A stretch of DNA of 63,040 nt, counting the filler, from Lenisia limosa (Eukaryota; Protista; Breviatea), in assembly GCA_001655205.1 (NCBI GenBank). It is 13 parts of 13 records of this genome, joined end to end, with 100 filler letters (N's around TTAATTAATTAA, not from the genome) between each part and the next. Parts side by side here need not be neighbours in the genome. Positions count along the whole stretch, not along the records: positions 38,376 to 40,815 come from LPNZ01000565.1; positions 40,916 to 43,052 come from LPNZ01000538.1; positions 43,153 to 45,160 come from LPNZ01005567.1; positions 45,261 to 48,782 come from LPNZ01002704.1; positions 48,883 to 57,979 come from LPNZ01005506.1; 8 more parts are not named here. One strand, 5' to 3'. A program made the translations under genes and the position numbers. Shown here piece after piece: positions 40,676-51,900 of the stretch (positions are counted from its first letter, which is position 1; each line of letters opens with the position of its first letter). The notes beneath the pieces are model-generated. The model saw only the letters and a program-made list of their open reading frames with translations, had not been told where the DNA came from and made no database searches.

Positions 40676-41343
40676 CACGGTTGGATAAGAAGTTATCCCT
40701 TACCAACATTAAACAAGCTGTTAAACCCTTATATCATATAGTACCGATATCTATGAATGTATTCTACATACTAGTATATCTATAGCAATGAGAAATAAAA
40801 AAATAAGGTTGTATCNNNNNNNNNNNNNNNNNNNNNNNNNNNNNNNNNNNNNNNNNNNNTTAATTAATTAANNNNNNNNNNNNNNNNNNNNNNNNNNNNN
40901 NNNNNNNNNNNNNNNTAATTCACACATATGCAAATAGAGAAACGAGTTTGTATATGATATAAATTATACATATATGTATCTATATTTAGTATATATATTA
41001 TATACACAGGATCATTAAAAAAAACATATCATATTGATATGTACAGATATTNNNNNNNNNNATATACACATTTAAGAGCCTTCAAGAAAAATGAAATGCG
41101 CATTTCATTTTTTGTAACAGAACCATAATTCACACATATGCAAATAGAGAAACGAGTTTGTATATGATATAAATTATACATATATGTATCTATATTTAGT
41201 ATATATTATATACACAGGATCATTAAAAAAAACATATCATATTGATATGTACAGATATTACATTTGTGATTTTTCCGATATCTATGGGTTTTTAGAAAAA
41301 AATATTGACTATTTGCGTGACTCCCTTGAACTGAACTAAAACT

Positions 41344-43052
41344 GTGTCTCCTGTCACAGAGTATCGGGTCCATGACATTACGGCGTCGGTCCGACTCCCA
41401 ACTGGCGAACGTCTGTCCAGGGAGTATGCCCGTGACATCTGTCGAGGCTACTCGGCATTGCTGAATTTACGGTCTTCAACTTGCTTTTCCGGGCTGAATT
41501 ACTCAGCGATGATCCCCGGAGACCTCCTCAATCATAACGACGATGGGAACCTACCACCTCGATATGTTGAAGCAATGCAGGGCCTCCTGTGCCTGAACAC
41601 CAAGGATTTGACTTCGACTATGCCAACCAGAGGGGCAAATCTGGTGGTGGCCCGCATCCGCAACGCTGAAGAGGTGACAATACCGTTAAGAAGATACCTA
41701 AGTTCTTGCCGGCTTTTGAACGAGTCATGGCATTGGCCAGTGTCGCCACCGTCAATGTGGGCTCCGGGTGTATACTTATTGCTGGTGGAAGGTGTGACCA
41801 TTGTAATTGCTGGTAGATCTACAACCACAAGCCAAGCCCCTCCAAATGTCAGGAGTACCAAAGCAGTTTGCCAACGTTTGACGAAGTGCCCTCACTTGCC
41901 ACCGACTCCAAACTAACCGGCTATGACTTCAAAAGGTTAGAAGCGGACACTGCTATCGTTTTTTGGGATTTAACACCGCGCCGCCTGTTTTCCAACGGTT
42001 TTAGAGCACTGTCGGTCCTCGAAACCCTGCCCCTTGGGACATTCAACTCCAGGGTGATCACGTCGACCTCTCGGTCATATCATCTGGTTGGTGATGGTTG
42101 TCTGTGGCTATGCCTCCCTACCTGTGCCTCTTATATTGTGCGCTGTGGTTGCTGGGGTTGACTGGCTTGCAGGCCATGTTCGTGGTGAAGTCAGAGCTGG
42201 ACTTGTGTTTCTGCGACCTTGCTGCCATCTCACTGCATCACCTGACTGTTGTCAACGACGGTGACGCGTCCCTCTTCGATGTTCTTATCAAATACCCTGG
42301 TAGGGCAGGCGAGACGGTTTCGCACGCATATCGCCTCTTCTTTCCAACGATTTAGGCGAAGCGGTGGCAAAAACTGTCCGTCTCAGCCAGTTTGCATCGG
42401 AGTGTGTCGCCCGATTCCTCTGGTTTAGGCGGTGCGACGACGTCTACATGGGATTGGGGACAGGAAGGTCTCACAATGACTACTTGTTCCCGATAGAGGC
42501 CAAGGGATTCATTGTCAACGGGAAGGCCGCCGTGGCAAGTCTGCCTTACGATGCTTTAATGCATCAGGTAACAAAGAAGGCATCAGCTTACCGTCGCTTG
42601 ACGAAAGTGAGGACACCATGTCGCTCGAGGAGGTACTTCGGTATGGTATTAACGGATTTAGCTATATGATTTGGATCGTCGCTGACACCACTAGTGCTCT
42701 TGACTGTTGCTTGTTTAGTTAGTTATTTAATGCCTTCGAAGGTCGATGACCTGGAGCGCGTCCGTGGCCGGTGAGTTAATGGAACGCACAAAGCGCGTAC
42801 ACTTCAAGGGAGCCCGTCTCTCCGCAGCGAACGTCATCGTCGACCGTCTACCGGCAGTACCCTCCGCGACGGTCTACCCCTGGAGCTTCCTCCTTGCTGG
42901 CACGTCCCCGTTACCAACCAAGGAGACCGTGCTGCAACCAAATGACGGACTAACTCGAGCATACCACGCCTTCTACGCCCAAGACCTAGATGATGTCTAC
43001 GCCCAAAAGAGGCAGATGCAGGAGTGGATACGAGTGAACATTGCAATCGTTG
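41344..43052 (+). pseudogene. Decayed intronless coding segment; candidate endogenous viral element resembling the N-terminal part of a bunyavirus-like L (RdRp) protein
   Basis: Composition shifts abruptly to about 50% GC after a very AT-rich flank. Five overlapping same-strand ORF pieces are broken by frameshifts and stops, with no G/C-run introns. Motif order recalls segmented negative-strand virus L proteins: VHDITAS, KKIPKF, LFDVLIKYP, LRYGINGF, YPW...LTRAYHAFY. The assignment is from recall only. Confidence 0.42.
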
Positions 43053-43429
43053 NNNNNNNNNNNNNNNNNNNNNNNNNNNNNNNNNNNNNNNNNNNNTTAA
43101 TTAATTAANNNNNNNNNNNNNNNNNNNNNNNNNNNNNNNNNNNNNNNNNNNNTGTATATTATATAAAATTAATGCAGTGTATGAAGATATACTGGGAATA
43201 TACTGGGAAAATGCTTTCTTAAGATGGTAGGGTAATAAAAGCCTGATAAGTGCCACTCTTAGTGCTTTTAGGGATATGATATGTTGTGGGCAATACAAGG
43301 TAACCTTGTCTGACAAAATCTTGAGAACAATTATTCGACTTATCATATCAGTACAAGTGTGCATAATGTTGTTGAAATTTTCTCTTTTCTGTACAAAGTG
43401 ATGCCTCCATTGACAATAATACTGCCTTT

Positions 43430-45070
43430 ACTCCCCAGGAAGCTCCACGCGTCTCAACCCCGCATGTGTTGCCTCAAGCGATAGGCCTGAAACCCCAGTA
43501 GAAGCGTTCAAACGTCTGTGGATATGAGTCATGTTACCCATTTCTATGTATTTCTTTAATCCCTTTCCCTTCATACTTCTTTCTTGCCCCCCCCCCCNNN
43601 NNNNNNNNNNNNNNNNNNNNNNNNNNNNNNNNNNNNNNNNNNNNNNNNNNNNNNNNNNNNNNNNNNNNNNNNNNNNNNNNNNNNNNNNNNTTAGGCTTTG
43701 TTTGTTTTGTTGTTTTCAACCCTCGTGTATTGCTGGCCAACAGAGTTGATTTTGGGCTTTTTAATATATTTCCAATTTCACTCCGCCAGAAGCAGACCGA
43801 CCATGGGTTCATCCCGTCACAGGACAATCCTTCGGAGGCAGGCCCAATGCCGAGGACTTACGCTGTCTCCGCGGTCTTCTACTCGACATCTGCACCGCAA
43901 TTGCCGAGAACAGAGGGTTCAACTCTCAGGTTGGCTTTGTTGACTGTTTTTTTGCTATATCGCCTTGCTTTGACTGGTCTCTTGCTATGTCGCCTTGTTT
44001 TGACTCCACCAGTACACGTTTTTCTCTTTTGAAAGAATTTACATTTGCTTCAGCTGTGATGACAATCTTCCTGACACCCCAGGATGCCGCCGGAGTCATA
44101 ACGCTTCTTCGGTTCTGCAAGGACTCAGCGTCCCTAGTGGACACGCTGGAGTGGCTGACGTCGGTGGTCATCTCAAACCTCCCGGGGTGGGTGGATAGGT
44201 TGCTTCTTTTGAAAAGAAGAACTAATAAAATTTCCATGCCGTTACGATTTTTGTGGGACTGTTGAGTGGGATTGATAGCAGAGTGAAATCAAATCTCATT
44301 CAATGAGTACAACAACATATCAATATCATAGCCTTTCTTGTAGACAGGTTGTGCTGTGTTTTGTTTTCTCACCATCAGGCTCCACGACCACATTATTGCC
44401 AACAACTTCTTGGACCTTCTACAGTCCATGTTACCCATGGCTCCGACTGCCGAGGTAATGGCCGAAGTCACTTCTAGCATGCTTGATCTGAGGGCTGTAG
44501 AATACTTCATCTAAGCTGCTTAGGCACCTTAGTGTTATTCATAGGATGCGTACACTGTCATTTAATAGTGCACTAAGTTCCACCCCCACCCGTGACCCTT
44601 CAGGTTGCTGCTTCCACAATCCAGGTCATATCTGCAATAACTGTCCATATCCCGAGAGCTCTTAAGAAGTCGGGGGGGGGGGGGTNNNNNNNNNNNNNNN
44701 NNNNNNNNNNNNNNNNNNNNNNNNNNNNNNNNNNNNNNNNNNNNNNNNNNNNNNNNNNNNNNNNNNNNNNNNNNNNNNNNNNNNNNNNNNNNNCTTATTC
44801 CTTGGATTATGATCATATGATTTTTTTCTCTTTTATTTTATATTTTGTTACCAGCAATTTCTAAAGCAAATTGTACATTGAGAGGTAGGTGATCATAGTC
44901 GACTCCACAATAGTTGGATCAATTAACGATTTGAGGAGACCGAGCTCTGTTACAGCCTCTAGAGTAGAGGCCTTGGGGACACTGGTATCGGGGATCATTG
45001 ATAAGGACGTCATTCTTGAGGGAGGCCTTTGCCAAGGGTCGGGCAACAGAAGCCGGCTTCAGAAGAGGGT
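43430..45070 (+). CDS. Unidentified helical/ARM-like protein fragment
   Basis: Exons EADRPWVHPVTGQSFGGRPNAEDLRCLRGLLLDICTAIAENR, AVMTIFLTPQDAAGVITLLRFCKDSASLVDTLEWLTSVVISNLP, LHDHIIANNFLDLLQSMLPMAPTAE and VAASTIQVISAITVHIPRALK. Confidence 0.5.
43691..43789 (+). repeat. Intron-3'-end repeat family, copy ending at an acceptor
   Basis: GGCTTTGTTTGTTTTGTTGTTTTCAACCCTCGTGTATTGCTGGCCAACAGAGTTGATTTTGGGC...CCAATTTCACTCCGCCAG|exon. Confidence 0.88.
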
Positions 45071-45319
45071 CACCGTGAAAAGGAGGGAACATTGGGGAAA
45101 TGATACATAAGTGGTCTAAATGGCCATCTGACTAAGTGTGTTATTCGAGGGGGGGGGGGGNNNNNNNNNNNNNNNNNNNNNNNNNNNNNNNNNNNNNNNN
45201 NNNNTTAATTAATTAANNNNNNNNNNNNNNNNNNNNNNNNNNNNNNNNNNNNNNNNNNNNTCATGAATTATAATCATATATAAAAACTACACCAGCAACA
45301 GCAAAAGGCCAAGTTACCT

Positions 45320-48170
45320 CTGGAAAGGTGTCTAGGTCTAAGCCAGCCTTATAGAGCCTCTTGAGTACGACTCCCGACTTCAGAAATACCTGTGTGTCCG
45401 TGATCATGGAGCTGAAATGTTAATAACAAGGGATAATCAGGATGAAGAGATACTAGCACGGACAAATAGAGAGAACTCAACAGAATAGAAATCATCAGGG
45501 CTTAAACAACTAAAAACAAACGACTGAAACTCACGTTGTATTGCCTTGGTCCAAATTCCGCTTGATGTCACCATGCATGGCAAAAGGCGGCGCGAGATTG
45601 AGTGTCGGAATCTTCGGAAGCGGAACACTCATCTTCCGGGCCAGCTGGTCCCAGGCTTCTTGGCAGTCGGCATCTTCTGTAACTGGTGTAGCTGGTGTAA
45701 CTGGTGTGGTAGGAGTAGTCGGCGTTGTGGGCGTGGTTGGGGTCATTTCATCAGTAACCGAGTTAAGTGGGATAACAAGGAAATACGCAGCAGATCTGTG
45801 GTGGTAAGTATACCATCTGAATAAAACAACAAGAATATCACTTGATCGCATACCTATGCCTTTCGACAGTCGGACCGTACTTGGCAAAGTACGAATTATT
45901 CAGCTTGAGCCACTCATAAATCTGAAGACGTCCCTTAGAACCGTGCTACTTCCCACAGAGATCCCCAAATATTGTAATAGGAAATGGAAAGGTAGACCAA
46001 TCATCATACTCCGGTCTTCATTTTGGTTCGAAAAAAATACCGAAAAAATATCGATAGTTTTCGAGGATTTATCGAAAAATTCAATCTTTTTTCGAACCAA
46101 AGTGAAGCCTTAATCATACTACATATTATTGTATAGCGTATGTGTAATGCTTAGTGATATAGGTTAGAAGCTTACTTCAAACTCAGTTTCTAAAGGGAAC
46201 ATGACACAGCAGTATTGCTCATCCAGAACCTTCAGTCGGTTGCGAACAGTCTGCAAGTACTATTAACTGCAAAAACGGAAAAATCAAAGCCAAACTTAAA
46301 ATTATCTCAAATTTCACTTGACTAACATTTTCAAAAAGAGGTCGATAAGACTTGACTCGTTCGTACATTATCTAGAGAATAAAAGCGGAGAATGTCAAAA
46401 TCAAATGTTTCCATTATATCTGAGAAGGGTTGATAACATATTATACATCTTTATAATACGATATGATATGCTTTATCAACAAACTCCGTTCAGGCCAAGA
46501 GTGCAGCCCTATTTGCGATCAAAGATCCCTGCCGAACCTCAGGAAGAAGATTGTCAGTTTCCTCAGAAACCTCCCGATGCAGTGAGCCCATCCAATCATC
46601 ATCCTTCATATCCACCTATAGATCATGATGGAGAAAACTGTGAGAATTCTGGATAGTGATGAGTACGCTTTGAAATGAATACGCAGAAGAAAACTTCAAA
46701 AGATATCAGATGAAAAATACTTATGAGCTCATATTACTACATGCCTTGTTTACTCCGCTTACTCCGCTTACTCCACCTTCCCTCCTCAACACCATGTTTA
46801 CATATTATTGCTTTGCTTATCAACGCTTACTTTGCCGCCGATTAGGTCGATTTTATTGTCAGTCGGAATGTCCTGGATTGTGAATAACAAAAAAAGGGGG
46901 GATGGGGGTAAGAAATATCTTCGCTTAATAGTCCATATACAAAGTTTCGATTCATATCCTATAACTATCTGATACAACTAGGGCTTCCCCACGAGGGATA
47001 CACCGTAGGGAAGCATAAATATCATACATGATATTCATTTGATGCCACGATCACATCAGAGTTCTCAATAAAACCCTCTTAAAACCCCCCAGATCATGCG
47101 GTATAACCCAAATAAGAATTAGTGTTAAACCGAATTCTCTCATATTTTCCTTTCCAGATATATTGACATGTCACATTCATTAGATCCTCGTACCTGAACA
47201 ATAGCATAGGCTTGTCCGTTCATTTTGAAGACTGGAAGAAGTCCGGTAGCGCAGATACCTCGGGGCAGCTTTGGGTCAACTACATGGAAGAGTTGCTTGC
47301 TTGAGGAGTTAATGCCAGTAATCAACACTTTGCCTCAAATAAAAACACCTCAATACGGTATCCTTTTGAAACAACTCTTTTGGCAACATTTAAACTAAAA
47401 TGCAGCCTTGGTCAGAGGAGAGGAGGCAAAATATCACAACACCGCTTTACTGTAATACCCCCTCACTCATGTCTGAATCGGCGATGGATCGGTTTTGTCT
47501 AAAATGGGTTATTCATACAACACGTTTGTTTGGGTAGTTATCGACAAGGTAAAGGTAGTTTCAGATACCTCATGAAAATGGATTCAATCAGAGTAAATAA
47601 TTCGCACAACTCAATTTCTCACCGTTTTATATATCACATCACATGGCCCAATCAAAGCAAAATTGCATATCATAAAGAATCACTATAATGAAATGATACA
47701 GTATGACAATATTCAACATACCTTAAGCTGGAAAAGGTTGAAGAATTCGGGTTCTTCGTCACTTTCTTCCTCATCATCTACATGGAATAAATCGAGACAC
47801 ATTTGGATTTCCATAGATATGGGTGACATATTTTGTGCTCCAAAGCAGCTCACTGTCTGGCGTCTGGTTCAAATCGGCTGGTTTTGAGATGACGTCATCA
47901 GTTTGTTGAGGAATCGTCTGAGAGGTTAAAAGTCAAAAGGTGTAATAAATTTACGCTTTGATGCTTTTTGCCAGGGCTACATCCATAATTATTCCCCAAC
48001 GTTTATTAAAAGTAAATCCCTTCAAAACCTAACAGGTAGGGCCCAAATTAAACCGAAAAAAATATCCATTCCCTTCTTACCTCAAGTGGTGTAAAGTGAC
48101 CCATTTCTGGAACCTTTGGGAGGGGTTTGCGGTCGCGTGGGGGAGACGCTTGCCGCTAATATGTTAGAAA
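45320..48170 (-). CDS. NUDIX-box protein with downstream Helitron/DUF6570-like motifs, truncated
   Basis: Phase-consistent exons: ATGLLPVFKMNGQAYAIVQ|DIPTDNKIDLIGGK|VDMKDDDWMGSLHREVSEETDNLLPE|IMYERVKSYRPLFEN|YLQTVRNRLK...EFE|IYEWLKLNNSYF...(TP repeats)...|...KAGLDLDTFPE|. The NUDIX box is clear; the Helitron similarity is weak. Confidence 0.6.
46011..46112. mobile_element. hAT-type MITE, TIR class A; further approximate copies at 9310, 12284, 17391, 17867, 21279, 21566, 46979 (39-bp mini copy), 49478, 50150, 57875, 58673, 60479 and 62139
   Basis: Perfect TSD ATCATACT. All copies share the core ATTTCTCGATAAATCCTCGAAAACTATCGAT and/or the TIRs. Confidence 0.88.
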
Positions 48171-48902
48171 CTTCACGGATAAGTTCAGTCATTTTTCAAA
48201 AGAGCATAAACACGGACCAAACCCACTTCAATAAGATGTGGTGGTAAGGAATGCTGGGGCTGATACCTATCACTGGCGGGTCTGCAGGGTGAAAGACGTC
48301 ACAATGAGAAGACAAGCTCTTGGCCCCCCAGGTCCGCCCATGGGAGGAAGAGCCTATCGCTGAAAAAACCAAAAAAAAGGAATTATTTTTGAAGAGAAAT
48401 CGTGTTTTTCATATGAAAAGCATGAGTAGTTTTTTGGGGATTGGTTTTCTGAATTTTTACAAGGCATTTTCTGACCAGAGCACAGGAGTTTACGAAAACC
48501 AGTATTTTTCACCAGAAGTAAAACTCAACAAAAACACAATCGATCATTAACGTATTTATATGTCGCCCCACCCCAAAAAAAACATAAACAGGAGTTATAC
48601 CTACCTGGGGTTTCGGTTTTGAATGGGGTAGTAAAAGCCCCAGGGTAACGGGCCACCATGTGAAGGAGCTTCCAGCGTGGGATGTGTGGGGGTATAAATG
48701 GGGGCTGTGGGGTGATATGAGGGGTTATAACGATAAGGGAGGGATGTAGGCTCATTGTATAAGGGGATATAACGGGGGGTGGNNNNNNNNNNNNNNNNNN
48801 NNNNNNNNNNNNNNNNNNNNNNNNNNTTAATTAATTAANNNNNNNNNNNNNNNNNNNNNNNNNNNNNNNNNNNNNNNNNNNNCCCCCCCCCCCCCCCCCA
48901 AC

Positions 48903-51900
48903 TTTTGCAAGTTGGAGACGTCGTTGCTGTGCAATAACCGTCAAGATACTGACCACTAGGGCAAGACGTTATACACGCTATACGTATTAGAAACTGAGTG
49001 TTCATTTTGCGCCGCTCAACGGTAAGAGGTACTAACATGTTAAAAGTAGTAAAGGATGAATTTCATTCAAGATAGACTATTTCATGATGAAAGCATGAGA
49101 GGTATTGCAGCTGAAACCATTAGGAGTTGGATTTTGCCTCAAAATCATGATATGTTTTGCAATATGTAATATAAGCTAAACTTATCAGAGGTATTGAACG
49201 CATAAGGGGTATTGGAAAACGGTGAGAGGTATTATATTTCATTATACATGCTACATCGTGAGATTGTATTTGGAAAAGGACTGTGCCTAAGTAAAAAAAA
49301 TAATACGCTGATGATAGACAAATATTTATCTCTATTAGATGATCAGAATAAAAAAAAACTATCTTTAAAGAGAATATACCAAGGTGAGCTAAATACAAAA
49401 AATAATAAATATTGATATTTTCCATGTCACTTGGAACCCAAAATGAAGCTCTGCAATTATATTATCTAATTTTATGTTAGGGCTTCACTTTGGTTTGAAA
49501 AATACCAGTAAAATATCGATAATTTTCAAGGATTTATCGAGAAATTCATCTTTTTTCGAACCGAAGTGAAGCGTAGTTGTGATACTATTTGNNNNNNNNN
49601 NNNNNNNNNNNNNNNNNNNNNNNNNNNNNNNNNNNNNNNNNNNNNNNNNNNNNNNNNAACTCATTGCAGAGAGCCTTGTACAATAATCATAATTTATTCA
49701 ATCGTGGGCGAACCAAATCCAAATCCCACAAACGTTTGCAAACGGGGTTGGAATTGAGCGAACATGTCCCATCAAGGTACTTTCCGGCAACACATAAGTC
49801 TGTGCATGCTGTAGTGTAAGGATTGAAGATGCTTGGAAAAAAGAAAAAAAAACTAAAACTTGAAAGAAAATAATTGATTGTATATTTAACTACAAAAATG
49901 ACTAAATATATTGGAGTTAAAGTGGTAAAGAAACCAGGGTAAAAGGGGAAAGCAGTGACATATTGAAATAGAAATCGTTAAAATGGTAAAAAGGGAGCTA
50001 TAACAAAAACAACAACGATAAAAATCAAACCTTGGCAAGTAGGGTTGCTGTGAGTCGTACAAGTTCCTGAGAGGTAGTAGCCAGAAAGACAATCATCAGT
50101 ACAGTCTGCACAGATAAAGCAACATTGAGGGTTACTCTCCAAATTTCAAGAATCTCCTAAATTTCTCGATAAATCCTCGAAAACTATCGATATTTCCCAG
50201 GTCATTTTCGGACCAAAGTGCAGTCTGGGTGCACCATGATCGCGATAAGACCTGACATGATTGGCTAAATAAAGCACAATATCCGTGTCAGAACTTATCG
50301 CAGTCACTCTACATATGACATATGTATTTTTTTTTAAAAAAAGTATTAGCAATGATCACACCGAACAAAGAGTTCACTTTGGTACAAAAAAGATAGCTAA
50401 ACTACCGAAATATGTATTGCATCGATGGTAAATTGAGAAATACAGGATCGGAGTGACCATGTCCCCACCTCTGCAATACGGCCCTGAGGTGCTGCCGCAA
50501 GAACCATGAAGGTACTGGCCAGCGGGGCACGAGTCAATGCAAGCTGAATTTTGTCAATTAATTTCCTCGTATAATAAATTGCACGGAGTCAAAGTTATTG
50601 TTATTTCTGACAACGGGTAAATATCCAACATTTCACTAACAGCAGCCGAAGAAGAACTGGCATGGATAACCCGTTTGACAGCTGTGCTTCACAGTGTTTT
50701 TATGATACTGTTGTAAACCCATATTTACGTTCGCAGGTGGGGTTGTTGCCTGTTGAACAAACGCCGGAGAGGTAGAAGCCATCAGGACAACTTGTTCGAC
50801 AAGCTGCACGGTCAGCAAGAGGTGAAAGTTTCAAGCATATAAAACAATCAGAAATAAGGGGGAAATTGAAAGTCACGCTAGAGGGTCAGCAACAGGGATT
50901 TTGGGGAGAATTCGTAGTGGGGGTAAAAATACATCCAGGTTATACCAACGAATATATCCTGCCATTTTCTGTTACCACCGAATCGTAACTAGCCACCCTA
51001 CGTTTGCAAACGGTATTGCTGCTACTGCTGCAAGTGCCTGACAGATACTTACCAGACGGACAAGACGTTGTACACGCTGAGAGGTGACAATTTACAGTAC
51101 TTTTTGAGAGTTACAATAATATGCAATAAAAAAATCAAGGGAAATCAACGTTACAAGAAAATGGTGAATTTATGTAATGGAAGTCCAGACTGATATGGTA
51201 TTTTGAAGCAAGAAGAGCACTTTCTTTTGTAAATGAAATTAACAGTTTTCATTTCAATCACTTGAAGAGTTGGGGACTTTAATCATATGCTTACAGCTGC
51301 AGGTGTAGTCACTACTTGATGAACACGTTCCAGTGAGGTACTTTCCAGCAGGGCAGCTAGAACGGCACGCTGAAAGATCTGATTATTGTACATGTATATG
51401 CTAAAAAAATATGTAAAAATCATGTTGTTTAAATTAGATCATAACAAAAAAAAAACAATATTGGGCTTAAATAAAATGTACACAGTGTATATTTGACTTA
51501 GATTATTAATGTTGAACATGTGGAAAGGGTCTTCACATATCGGTAACTACAAACGCAAAAGCAACTCATTTTATTTATAGAATATTGGTATTTAATAGAT
51601 CACATTATTGTTATTCTCGTAGAAAAAAAAACGTAGAAATTTTGAAAAGTTAAAGTTACTGTGAAATTGTGTAATATCAGAAGGGGATTAAGCTGAGAAC
51701 ATTACTGAACATGTGTGAAAGTAGAAGGCGTAATCAATAGCCGATAAAAATCCCCAAAAGCCTACGTTCGCACGTGGGGTTGCTCAGGATGTTACAAGCT
51801 CCCGAAAGATAATAGTCAGCACCGCAAGACGTACGGCAGGCTGGAACGTCAGTATATATAATGTGGAGATGAGAATTAAAAACAGTAAGTATCTGGCCGA

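Noticed and set aside
40916-41259. About 135-bp direct repeat upstream of the candidate viral element, as a possible LTR or terminal repeat
   Set aside because: The two near-identical copies flank a 10-N gap at a scaffold start, the typical signature of an unmerged contig overlap.
45590-45620. HGDIKRN as a protein kinase catalytic loop
   Set aside because: No VAIK, DFG or APE motifs occur in the surrounding exons.
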